Of a stretch of DNA of 64,000 bases, positions 1-9,079 are shown one piece after another; the first letter of the stretch is position 1, and each line of letters starts with the position of its first letter. The position numbers and the translations under genes were made by a program. Source of the stretch: Planctomycetales bacterium (GTDB lineage: Bacteria; 4484-113). The stretch lies in NCBI GenBank assembly GCA_037441675.1, contig JBBIRS010000001.1:96001-160000 (forward strand). The letters run 5' to 3'. The notes below the pieces were generated by a model. It was not told the origin of the DNA and did no database searches. It saw only the letters and a list, made by a program, of their open reading frames with translations.

Positions 1-89
1 ATATTCGTTAAGTTAGACCTAGCTAGAGTTTGTTGAAATTAAATGGCCTAATAATATTTAGTGTAAATCCGGTAAGGAGGTAAAAGGAG

Positions 90-1133
90 TTGAATAAAAG
101 GAAGGGTTTTACTCTAATTGAATTGCTGGTGGTAATTGTAATCATCGGCATTCTTGTGGCGATAGCTCTACCTAACTTTGTTAAGATTAAAACCAAAGCT
201 CGTGAAGCAGAAGTCAAGCAAAATCTCCATGCAATCCAGTTAGGTATTGAGCGTTACGCTACAGATAACGAAGGTATCTATCCCTACTTTTTGTACGGCG
301 GTGACACGTATTTCAACATTGGTACCGCAAAGCACGTTCAGGATTGGCTTGAACCAGGTCCAACAGGGAAACATCCATTTGATATGTTCAATGATGACTC
401 TCTGCCTGACCCCCATACCTATGGCAAAGTAATTCAGGGAAATAGGGGAAACCTGGGTCAAGAGGGTGCAGAGTTTGGTGATATGTTGGTTTACGAAGGT
501 TATCTGAACAAGTACCCCACGAACCCATTTCTAACTAAGCGTGCTGGCATACTATACGGAGAGGAAGGTTGGAAGTGGGGTAACTACATTCCATGGAGAG
601 GCTGTGGTGGTCGCGATGGTCGTTTAATGTTCAATATTGGTTGGTCTGGTGAGGCTCCAACGTATATCGCATATTCTGCTGATGGTGAACCAGCTGACTC
701 CGTTAAGTTTGAGTTTCCGGGGCAGTTCTATTACCACCCACGCTTTGCTGATAGTGCGAGTAACGCAGACCACTTCGCTGCCCAGAATGCTATTGTTGAT
801 TTTGGCGGTGGAACGAGCTACATTGAAGCACTTGGGGCAACCGTGAGACCACAGGATGTATGGAACTCAGACGTTTATGGCTATGATTTGCTCGCCTATG
901 GAGACCCCTCAACTGATGGTATGGACATAGACTATCCAATTCCCAACGTACCTGGCACCTCAAAACAGTATGCAAAGCGCACTGGCTACCTTAACAACAC
1001 TGACGAACGTAACCCATACAACCCAAGCAGCAATCCTCCCCTTCAGCCGCGAACGATACCAGATGGAGTTGCAGACTTCTACATCATTCACTTGAGTAGT
1101 ACTCAGGATGCTAAACCTCAAGGAATTCTCTAA
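90..1133 (+). CDS. Large type IV pilin / type II secretion pseudopilin-like protein (prepilin N-terminal cleavage/methylation domain)
   Basis: Class III signal KG|FTLIELLVVIVIIGILVAIALP; strong SD (AAGGAG) before the TTG start; long Gly/Tyr/Asp-rich globular C-terminal region. Confidence 0.9.
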   Translation: MNKRKGFTLIELLVVIVIIGILVAIALPNFVKIKTKAREAEVKQNLHAIQLGIERYATDNEGIYPYFLYGGDTYFNIGTAKHVQDWLEPGPTGKHPFDMFNDDSLPDPHTYGKVIQGNRGNLGQEGAEFGDMLVYEGYLNKYPTNPFLTKRAGILYGEEGWKWGNYIPWRGCGGRDGRLMFNIGWSGEAPTYIAYSADGEPADSVKFEFPGQFYYHPRFADSASNADHFAAQNAIVDFGGGTSYIEALGATVRPQDVWNSDVYGYDLLAYGDPSTDGMDIDYPIPNVPGTSKQYAKRTGYLNNTDERNPYNPSSNPPLQPRTIPDGVADFYIIHLSSTQDAKPQGIL

Positions 1134-1157
1134 GTCTAATTATTAATAATTTAGGAG

Positions 1158-2204
1158 GTGAAAGAGAAAATGCGTTCCCGAAAGGCAAAGGTTTATGAAA
1201 TCAAGGGTTTTACCCTGATTGAGCTTCTGGTTGTTATCGTAATAATCGGTATTCTTGTAGCTATTGCGTTACCCAACTTCGTGCGCGTTAAGGAAAAGGC
1301 TAAGGAGGCGGAGGTCAAACAGAATCTCCATGCAATTCAGCTCGCAGTTGAGCGTTATGCAGTGGATAATCCCTTCGGTAACTATCCCAATTACATTCTT
1401 GGTGGAGACTGGACTGACTCAAAGACGATTAACGAGGACTACTACTACTTCGCCCAACTTGATCAGGTTGACTTTCCTGCTTGGAAGCCTGGTCCAGACT
1501 TTGCTCCTGGAGGTGAGGGCGACTATCTCATTATGGAAGGTTATATGGCAGTCTACCCCAAGAACCCATTCGTTAAAACCGGTCAGGTGAGTAACTTACG
1601 TCAGATTTGGAACTGGTCTGTCTGGAGAGGCTCGCAATTTCAGCGTGTTGTTGGTGGAACTGAAAACGAAACAATGGCTGAAGTGTTTGGTCCACCACCG
1701 GTTCAGGTTTTTATCGATATAGGAATGGGTGGCGATCTTTACGTAATTCCACCATATCCAGACCCCAATCCTGGATTGGGTCTATGGGAAAGTGACCCAT
1801 ATAAAGACGTTTGGAGTGACCCGGATGCTCTGAAGAAGCCAGGAAGTAGACTTCTTGTTGGAAACTTCTCATACTACTCCAGGGTAACAGTAAATGGTTG
1901 GCTCCTAGCGAATGGTGCCCAGGATGTTAACGGCTATACTCTTGCCGCGTATGGTGCTTTAGGTAATCTCGGTTGGGATGTATACGATAGAAACGGGAAT
2001 TACTTCCCCGCATATAGAACCGCTACTTGCCCATTTAGAAATGCCTTTGGTGGTGGTGCTTGGTTGCCATGCCCAAGTGAGGGTGAAGCCAACAACCACG
2101 ATAGGTCACGTGGTGGTCCCGATACTCTTCCTGATGGTGTGATTATCGTTCTTGACTCTGGTGTAGATAAGAAGAGTATGAACGAAGTGGGCGAGGTCGG
2201 CTAA
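1158..2204 (+). CDS. Second large type IV pilin-like protein, paralog of the upstream gene
   Basis: KG|FTLIELLVVIVIIGILVAIALPNFV motif; near-identical alpha1 helix (EAEVKQNLHAIQL) to ORF 90..1133; start may be ATG 1170, as AGGAGG overlaps the annotated GTG. Confidence 0.9.
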   Translation: MKEKMRSRKAKVYEIKGFTLIELLVVIVIIGILVAIALPNFVRVKEKAKEAEVKQNLHAIQLAVERYAVDNPFGNYPNYILGGDWTDSKTINEDYYYFAQLDQVDFPAWKPGPDFAPGGEGDYLIMEGYMAVYPKNPFVKTGQVSNLRQIWNWSVWRGSQFQRVVGGTENETMAEVFGPPPVQVFIDIGMGGDLYVIPPYPDPNPGLGLWESDPYKDVWSDPDALKKPGSRLLVGNFSYYSRVTVNGWLLANGAQDVNGYTLAAYGALGNLGWDVYDRNGNYFPAYRTATCPFRNAFGGGAWLPCPSEGEANNHDRSRGGPDTLPDGVIIVLDSGVDKKSMNEVGEVG

Positions 2205-2236
2205 GCTAAAGAGTTCGTTTTTCGAGAAGGAACAGA

Positions 2237-2288
2237 AAAAAGCTCGGGTTTCCCATAGTGGGAAATCCTGAGCTTTTGCTTTTTTTTT
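2237..2288 (+). terminator. Rho-independent terminator after the pilin pair (likely bidirectional)
   Basis: Stem AAAAGCTCGGGTTTCCCA-TAG-TGGGAAATCCTGAGCTTTT followed by a T-run, with an A-run on the 5' side. Confidence 0.85.
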
Positions 2289-2468
2289 ATACTTTCGTAG
2301 GGTGTAAGTAACTCTTTAGTCAATCTCCAGCTGTTGACGAAAAAGCCATGCCTATTAGGTCAAATAAGACTCACTTATAGTAAGGTTTTTAACGGGAAAA
2401 GCCTATATCTAGAGCATTCTTAAAGAAAAAGAGGGAATAAAGCTGAAGCTGAAGGTGAGGTATATTTC

Positions 2469-3398
2469 TTAGAACTTTAACATTATCTCCTTAATCCTAG
2501 CTGTTAACTCAAGTGCCTCATCTAATTTCCTCTGCCACATATTTCTTCCGAATATTAAACCAGTAGCCCCAGCTGACATTGATTCCTCAACTTTTTCAAG
2601 AAGTTCTTCATCGCTTATCTTTCCTCCACCTGAGACAAGGACGAAGGTTTTGCCCGCAGATTCAACTACCATCATAAATGCCTCCCTAGGAGTCAGGCTT
2701 AGCTCGCAATAAGGTTTAGGGGAGTCCTTATCCTTTTCTGGATTAATCTTAGGGAAATTGACCTTAACGACATCAGCGCCCATTTCCTGAGCCATTCTAG
2801 CTGCGTAATCAACTGCGTATAAGCTGTCTCTTCCACCTTTTCTTTCAATGGCTTCCCCACGAGGGTAAGCCCAAACTATGAGAGGCATGCCGAAACGGTC
2901 GCAATCCTCCCTAACCTTGGCAAGCTGAGCAATATCTCTATCCTGAGCTGGACTACCGACGTAAAGAGTATAACCGACCGCATCCGCCCCAAGCCTAACA
3001 GCGTCTTCCACACTTGCGGTAAGCGGACTAAAAGCATGCGCGTCGGAAGGAATATTCGTTTTGCCGTTTATCTTTAATATCAGTGGGACATCGCCTGCGT
3101 AATTATGTAGGAATTTACTAGCCAAACCGATGTGCAGTGCAATGGCGGAATAGCCCCCCTCTTTTGCCAGGGTATACTGATAATCCGGAAACTTACTCTC
3201 CGGGTTGGCGAAGAAATCCACTGGTCCATGCTCCACACCCTGATCTATTGGAAGAACCAAGAGCTTGCCGTTCTTCAATCCATGCTCGTACATCATTCTG
3301 TGTAGCCTAACCTTCTTACCTGTGCTGAGCCCTAAATTTTCAAGGGTTGGACGACTATAATATGTAGTCACCTGAGTTAGCTCACGAACTCTGGCCAT
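2469..3398 (-). CDS. fbaB: Class I fructose-bisphosphate aldolase (DhnA/FbaB family)
   Basis: LPIDQGVEHGP, AVGYTLYVGS, WAYPRG, Schiff-base ADVVKVN, GLIFGRNMWQ motifs; GGGAGG SD. Confidence 0.88.
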   Translation of the reverse strand: MARVRELTQVTTYYSRPTLENLGLSTGKKVRLHRMMYEHGLKNGKLLVLPIDQGVEHGPVDFFANPESKFPDYQYTLAKEGGYSAIALHIGLASKFLHNYAGDVPLILKINGKTNIPSDAHAFSPLTASVEDAVRLGADAVGYTLYVGSPAQDRDIAQLAKVREDCDRFGMPLIVWAYPRGEAIERKGGRDSLYAVDYAARMAQEMGADVVKVNFPKINPEKDKDSPKPYCELSLTPREAFMMVVESAGKTFVLVSGGGKISDEELLEKVEESMSAGATGLIFGRNMWQRKLDEALELTARIKEIMLKF

Positions 3399-3616
3399 AT
3401 ATTATTTTCCTCCCGGAAAAAACGCCTTACGTTCAATTCTTATCTTACCATAAATTTATCATCCCGCATAAATGTAGTTTATTCTGGTCTTATCTTGATT
3501 TCATTAAGTATCTTTGTTCACTCATTCAAGCTAACCTCATCTCTTAATAGCTTCATCTATCTTAAGCGACTAAAAAGCTCATTCTCTCAGAAGATAGCGA
3601 AAGGACATGGTAAAAG

Positions 3617-5596
3617 TTAATTACTCCACTCAATCGTATAACATTCGTACAAATGTTCGTTAATATCTCTTAAAAATCGGGATGGTCTATTAATGCTTGG
3701 ATAGTCATTATTTTCTTCTTCGTTTGATTCTGGAAAGCTCAAGAAGAGAAAGTTCTTTGCTCTAGTAACCGCAACATAAAATAACCGTCTTTCTTCTTCT
3801 ATCAATTCAGGGTCATGAAAGCACATTCTATGTGGAATATCTCCATCAGTTAAGTTTGCGATAAAAACGCAATCCCATTCAAGCCCCTTTGCTTGATGGA
3901 TAGTAGTTAGGGTAACTTTATCCTCATTTTCAACAGGCGTTTCAAATTCCAGTGTTTCCCTTCCGCTGAAGGCTTGATTCAATGCGGAATCCGTGAGAAA
4001 TTCGGAAAAATCTTCATAATTCTTTGAGAATTGAACAAGCTCATCTATATCCTCAACTCTATCTTCAAAATCATCGTATAAGCTTGCCATTCTTTCCTTA
4101 TAGTAAGATTCAATTACATAAAGTATTAAATTATCAATTGAACATGCGCTGTTCAACATCTGGTATAGTGTGCTTAAGACCTTGCTTAGAAATTTCAAAG
4201 AGTTCTTACCCTTCCCTTTAGTTACGTTGGATAATTCTTCACTCATTAGCCATTCCAATGGTTTACTTTGCTTGTTCAGTTGAGAGAGGATGCAGGCGAT
4301 CGTTTTAGTCCCTACGTTTTCGCATAGACTTACTACTCTGGTTAAGGCTGTTTCGTTCAGGGGGTTCGCAAGTATATAGAGATGTGCAAGTAAATCCTTA
4401 ATATGAGCTCTCTCCATAAACCTTATGCCTCCACGCACTCTATAGGGTATGCTATTTCTCTTTAATGCAAGTTCTATCTTTAGGGAATGTCTATGGCTTC
4501 TGAAGAGAACTCCAATACTATTAAATCTAACGTTGCTCCTTTTCAAATTCAAGATCTGTCTAGCTATAAATTCGGCTTGTTCTTTAGGATTCTTAGTAAT
4601 AACTAACTTAGGTACTTCTTTGCTAGGACGAGTAGGTTTGAGTTTTTTCAAAAATTGCGGAGCAGTATTACTTATTATGCTATTTGCGAGTGCCAAAATC
4701 TCCGGGGTACTCCTGTAGTTGATCTCCAATTTGTAAATAGCGGTACCTGGGAAGTCTTTTGGCACATTGAGAATGTTTCTATAATCAGCCGCCCGAAAGC
4801 TGTAAATGCTTTGTGTGTCATCTCCAACGATATACACGTTTCCATTCACGTAACTCAGCTCTTTGACAATTTCCGCTTGGATAGGGCTTGTGTCTTGGTA
4901 CTCATCTGCTAGGACATGTTGAAACTGTTTTGAAATACTCTTTCCAACTTCGGAGCTTTTAAGTAAGCGAAGGAAGTTAACCTGCAGGTCATCAAAATCC
5001 ATCAACTTTTGTTTGCGCTTAAGCGCCTCGTATTCCACAATCATTTTTTCAATGTCATCGATGAATTTAGTAAACTCGAAGTGGGCTTCTCGAATTAACC
5101 CTTTTAATTGAAGCATCTTATTCCGAGCTAAGCACCAGATTGTGTAAATCTGAGAGGCGCTTGGGAAGTCTTTTTCACTAGTTTTTGGGATTAGTGTTTT
5201 TCTAAGCTTCTTCACCAGGCTTTTTGCATCATCATCATCTATAATGGAAAAGTTATTCTCAAGATTAATTGAGCGGGCATACTTTCTAAGAAATAGACTT
5301 GCGACGTGATGAAAAGTGCCCCCAATGATCTTCGGTGCCGAAATACCGGTAAGAGCCTCAACGCGTGAGAGCATCATTTTTGCAGCCCGATTGGTAAATG
5401 TTAGAAGGATAATGTTTCTTGGGTCTATAAAATGCTTAATCAAATGAGCGACACGGTATGTTATTACGGTAGTCTTTCCAGTTCCCGCTCCGGAAAGCAC
5501 AAGCACCCTGCTTTCAGGCGCAGTGACTGCGGCAAACTGTTGCTCATTCAGTTTAGCTTCTAATTTTAGATGCTGATATTGTCTAACGAGCTTCAT
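3617..5596 (-). CDS. UvrD/PcrA/Rep family ATP-dependent DNA helicase
   Basis: Walker A SGAGTGKT, LTFTNRAA, DEYQD, VGDDTQSIYSFR, NYRS, TIHQAKGLEW, EERRLFYVAVTRA. Confidence 0.93.
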   Translation of the reverse strand: MKLVRQYQHLKLEAKLNEQQFAAVTAPESRVLVLSGAGTGKTTVITYRVAHLIKHFIDPRNIILLTFTNRAAKMMLSRVEALTGISAPKIIGGTFHHVASLFLRKYARSINLENNFSIIDDDDAKSLVKKLRKTLIPKTSEKDFPSASQIYTIWCLARNKMLQLKGLIREAHFEFTKFIDDIEKMIVEYEALKRKQKLMDFDDLQVNFLRLLKSSEVGKSISKQFQHVLADEYQDTSPIQAEIVKELSYVNGNVYIVGDDTQSIYSFRAADYRNILNVPKDFPGTAIYKLEINYRSTPEILALANSIISNTAPQFLKKLKPTRPSKEVPKLVITKNPKEQAEFIARQILNLKRSNVRFNSIGVLFRSHRHSLKIELALKRNSIPYRVRGGIRFMERAHIKDLLAHLYILANPLNETALTRVVSLCENVGTKTIACILSQLNKQSKPLEWLMSEELSNVTKGKGKNSLKFLSKVLSTLYQMLNSACSIDNLILYVIESYYKERMASLYDDFEDRVEDIDELVQFSKNYEDFSEFLTDSALNQAFSGRETLEFETPVENEDKVTLTTIHQAKGLEWDCVFIANLTDGDIPHRMCFHDPELIEEERRLFYVAVTRAKNFLFLSFPESNEEENNDYPSINRPSRFLRDINEHLYECYTIEWSN

Positions 5597-5765
5597 CTAC
5601 CCAACCCGTATTAAATAAAGATTATTTCATACTACTATTAAATAAACTGGGAGAAATGACGCCCCAATTTGGTTTGATAGCCTATGATACTGTCTATGAA
5701 ACTTTTAGGATAATCTTTGTTGGCAGTGAACTCAAAATACTAGAAAAATTTCAGTTACATAGTCT

Positions 5766-5774
5766 TGATATAAT
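5766..5774 (+). promoter_or_regulatory. Extended -10 promoter (TGnTATAAT) for tRNA-His/hisS
   Basis: TGATATAAT ends 12 nt upstream of the mature tRNA 5' end. Confidence 0.65.
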
Positions 5775-5786
5775 TCTAAATTGTTT

Positions 5787-5860
5787 GGGGAGGTAGCTCA
5801 GCTGGCTAGAGCGCTGGTCTGTGGAACCAGAGGTCGAGGGTTCGATCCCCTCCCTCCCTA
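5787..5860 (+). tRNA. tRNA-His (anticodon GTG); CCA not encoded; no genomic G-1; A73 discriminator
   Basis: Cloverleaf: acceptor GGGGAGG/CCTCCCT, D-arm GCTC/GAGC, anticodon arm CTGGT-CTGTGGA-ACCAG, T-arm GAGGG-TTCGATC-CCCTC. Confidence 0.95.
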
Positions 5861-5951
5861 GTTGAGGCTGTCTTAATAAAAGCTAGGCTGATGAATAGCC
5901 CTTTATTTTTAACCTTTTAGCTGGATTTCTCTCTTGAAGACGGATAATCCA

Positions 5952-7337
5952 ATGGACAAAGTGAAAATCAAACCCAGGTTAATTCGGGGCTTCAAGGATC
6001 ATTCACCTTATGAGGTTAAGGTTCTTCATCACATAATTAACGCCTTTGAAAAAACTTTTTTGCTTTATGGTTTTACACCATTGGAGACATCCGTAATTGA
6101 ACATCAAGATATTCTACTTTCAGAGCTAGGTGTTGATCCGAACAAGCAGATCTATCGCTTTTATGACCTAGAGAGGACACCTGTTGGCTTGCGTTTTGAT
6201 TTAACTTTGTCCTTAGCTAGGTTCGTTGCAATGAATATAAATGAGCTATCCTTTCCATTCAAGCGTTTTCAGGTTGGCAAAGTTTGGCGATTTGATAAGC
6301 CAAAACGCGGACGCTTGCGGGAATTTTTTCAACTGGATGCTGATGTTCTTGGTGCCCCGCCCTATGAACCAGAGGTGGAGATTGTGACCGCGGTTTCTCA
6401 GGCATTTCATCGGCTAGGGATTGATTGCTACTACTTCAAAATTAATGACAGGAAGTATTTATCCAGCCTTCTTAATGAACTAGGTGTCGAGGAGAAAAAG
6501 CATAAGGATATATTCCGGGTTCTTGACAAACTTTCTGTTCAAGGCGAATCTAAAGTTTTTAAGGAAATAACGGGACAACTTCTTCTTCAGGATTTTGATT
6601 CATCCCTTGAGTTTGAGAGGATGCAAGAGGTCAAAATAGATGTTGAGACAGGTAAATCTTTACTAAACAAGATTCGTAATCCTGAGCCGTTAAAGACTCA
6701 CTTGAAAGAATTCTTTCAAAGGGTGCTTGAAGAGGGCGTTGATGAGAGAAAAATACTCTTCTCGCCATCTCTAACGCGTGGGCTGGATTACTACACTGGT
6801 TTCATTTGTGAAATAATGCTTGAGGGAGCTGAAAAAATAGGAAGCATCGGTGGTGGCGGTCGCTATGACAATCTTGTTGGTAAATACTGTGATAGAGTAA
6901 TCAGTGGATTTGGACTAAGCGTTGGACTGGATAGACTGTTGGGAGGTTTAGAGCTCTGCCCTCAGGAAATTACATCTATCTTTCCCCAAATATCCAAGCA
7001 ATCATCAGCAGTTGTTTTGGTAACAGTTTTTGACGACTCTCTGCGTAGTGAGAGCTCACGAATTGCCAGAATGTTGCGGGAGGCTGGCATTTCAACTGAA
7101 ACTTGGCTTATACCTCATTGCGAAAAAGGTAAAACCCTCTCCGGTCAGCTTAAATTCGCAGACAAGGCGGGAATACCCATTGCTGTTATTCCAGGTGAGG
7201 AAGAACTTAGGAAAAATCCACAAACTGTCCAAGTCAAGGATTTAAGAACTGAGTTTGGAGAGTCGCACAAGCAATTTGAAGTACCATTAGACAGGTTAGT
7301 TGAAACAATTCAAAGTCTACTTGATAGAAAATCCTAG
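5952..7337 (+). CDS. hisS: Histidine--tRNA ligase (eukaryote-like/divergent type)
   Basis: LRFDLTLSLARF, motif 2 VWRFDKPKRGRLREFFQLDAD, RGLDYYTG, GGGGRYDNL, GLSVGLDRL, C-terminal anticodon-binding domain; ATG 5952 preferred over TTG 5934. Confidence 0.95.
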   Translation: MDKVKIKPRLIRGFKDHSPYEVKVLHHIINAFEKTFLLYGFTPLETSVIEHQDILLSELGVDPNKQIYRFYDLERTPVGLRFDLTLSLARFVAMNINELSFPFKRFQVGKVWRFDKPKRGRLREFFQLDADVLGAPPYEPEVEIVTAVSQAFHRLGIDCYYFKINDRKYLSSLLNELGVEEKKHKDIFRVLDKLSVQGESKVFKEITGQLLLQDFDSSLEFERMQEVKIDVETGKSLLNKIRNPEPLKTHLKEFFQRVLEEGVDERKILFSPSLTRGLDYYTGFICEIMLEGAEKIGSIGGGGRYDNLVGKYCDRVISGFGLSVGLDRLLGGLELCPQEITSIFPQISKQSSAVVLVTVFDDSLRSESSRIARMLREAGISTETWLIPHCEKGKTLSGQLKFADKAGIPIAVIPGEEELRKNPQTVQVKDLRTEFGESHKQFEVPLDRLVETIQSLLDRKS

Positions 7338-8659
7338 TTGCGTCTCTTTTTATTCTTTCTTCTACCAAGGGGCATCTTCAACGCCTCAACTGTGCTTTGC
7401 ATTTGCTCAAATTGTTTCAAGAAAAGGTTCACCTGCTGAACGGTAGTTCCACTTCCCCTAGCGATCCGTCTCTTTCTGCTTGCGTTAAGAATAGAAGGTT
7501 TTTGCCTTTCAGCTTTAGTCATTGAAAGCGCAATTGCTTCAAATTGCTTCATCCGCAAAATTCCTTCCTCCATTTGTTCTTTGCTGATATTAACTCCCGG
7601 TAAGTAATTGATTAATGAAATCAAATTCCCAACCGTTTTAGTTGTTTTCAAAGTTTTGAGAAAACTTTCAATGGTGAATTTTGAAGAAAGGATATCCTCC
7701 TGAAGATTTTGGATATCGTTCTTACTTAGTTCCATTGATACTTTTTCGGCAAAAGTTTCCAAATCTCCAAGTCCTATAAGTCTCTTTGCCCATCTTTTAG
7801 GCTCAAATTCTTCAAGGTCATCAATCTTCTCGCCAGTCCCAATGTAACGAATCGGTTTACCGATGGCATAGTAGATAGAAAGGGCTGCGCCACCTTTAGC
7901 ATCACTATCCGCTTTCGTTAGAATTATGCCAGTAAGTCCCACCTTCTCCTCATAGGTCTTGGCAATATTGACCGCATCCTGACCGGTACTTGCGTCTGCG
8001 ACAAGTAGTGCTTCACCTGGGGCAACAAGAGACTTAATTTCTCGAAGTTGAGAAATCTCTTCCTCATCTATATGAAGTCTTCCAGCGGTGTCAAAAATGA
8101 CAGGCTTAAACTTTTGGGAATCCGCGTAATCTTGTGCGCTCTTTATCATTTCGGTTAATTCCCCTGAATGGTAGGAGAATGAATCTACTCCTGCATTTCT
8201 AGCTAAGATGTTCAGTTGTTTGAGAGCTGCAGGTCGTTTAGTATCTAGGCAAACAAGTATGGGTCGGAAACCTTGATTTTTCAATCGGTAAGCTAGCTTT
8301 ACCGCGGTGGTGGTCTTTCCGGAGCCCTGAAGTCCCATTATTAAAATGGGATTATCTCTCCTCAAGCTAAGTGATGTTCCAGTTCCGTCATTGTCACCAC
8401 CTAAAGCGCGAACTATCTCATCTTGTATTAATCTCGTGAGCGATTCTGCAGAAGTCAAATTACCTTCCCGGTACAGGTTTTCCGCTTCATGCCGTATATT
8501 TGCAACAAAGGCTCTCGCTACAGCAAGATTAACATCCGCTTCAAGAAGGGCAATTCTCAACTTTGTAATTTCTTCCTCCATCTCGTGAGGCGAAAGACGG
8601 ACTTTGCCCTTTATCCGACGTAAGACGGATGTCAGCTTTTCTGAAAGGACATGAAACAT
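7334..8659 (-). CDS. ffh: Signal recognition particle protein Ffh
   Basis: ALLEADV N-domain, GLQGSGKTTT, DTAGR, TKAD, GTGEK and M-domain SRKRRIARGSG. Confidence 0.95.
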   Translation of the reverse strand: MFHVLSEKLTSVLRRIKGKVRLSPHEMEEEITKLRIALLEADVNLAVARAFVANIRHEAENLYREGNLTSAESLTRLIQDEIVRALGGDNDGTGTSLSLRRDNPILIMGLQGSGKTTTAVKLAYRLKNQGFRPILVCLDTKRPAALKQLNILARNAGVDSFSYHSGELTEMIKSAQDYADSQKFKPVIFDTAGRLHIDEEEISQLREIKSLVAPGEALLVADASTGQDAVNIAKTYEEKVGLTGIILTKADSDAKGGAALSIYYAIGKPIRYIGTGEKIDDLEEFEPKRWAKRLIGLGDLETFAEKVSMELSKNDIQNLQEDILSSKFTIESFLKTLKTTKTVGNLISLINYLPGVNISKEQMEEGILRMKQFEAIALSMTKAERQKPSILNASRKRRIARGSGTTVQQVNLFLKQFEQMQSTVEALKMPLGRRKNKKRRN

Positions 8660-8752
8660 ACTTTCAGTAAATATTACATGAAATTCTTAAATCTCTATAA
8701 CTCAAATTATGCTAAAGATGAGTTATTATGATAAAATTTAGCCTGAATAACT

Positions 8753-8992
8753 ATGTTAGGTTCTCTTTTCTTAACCTTTTCGTTTATTGTGATGGCGCTT
8801 ATCGCTGTTTCAATGATAGTAGTTACCCTTTCACTAAACACTAAGAGTGAAGGATTAGGAGCTGCAATCACAGGTGCTGGCGATTCGTATCGGGGTGCGG
8901 TTGGAGTTGAGGAGAAGAAGCGCCAGCTTTTAAGGCGTCTTGGTTACACGTTTCTTATAGTCACATTTCTCTTTGCGCTTTTCAATAGGTAG
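8753..8992 (+). CDS. secG: Preprotein translocase subunit SecG
   Basis: 79 aa, two TM segments joined by a K-SEGLGAAITG Gly-rich loop; TGATAAAAT extended -10 at 8729-8737. Confidence 0.75.
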   Translation: MLGSLFLTFSFIVMALIAVSMIVVTLSLNTKSEGLGAAITGAGDSYRGAVGVEEKKRQLLRRLGYTFLIVTFLFALFNR

Positions 8993-9079
8993 GGTGCTGT
9001 CCACCCTTTTGTAACTGGTTTTGGGTTCACTACTTGATTCTCGCAGGGTAAGCAAAGTCATTTATATTAGATATATTAG

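Noticed and set aside
105..1360. Pilin N-terminal similarity as a recombination cassette or DGR repeat
   Set aside because: Nucleotide identity is broken at many synonymous positions, and no reverse transcriptase or recombinase lies nearby.
5787..5788. Reading G5787 as G-1 of tRNA-His
   Set aside because: This would leave a 6-bp acceptor stem and misplace U8/A9 and the D-stem; the 3' side also has A, not C, at the discriminator.
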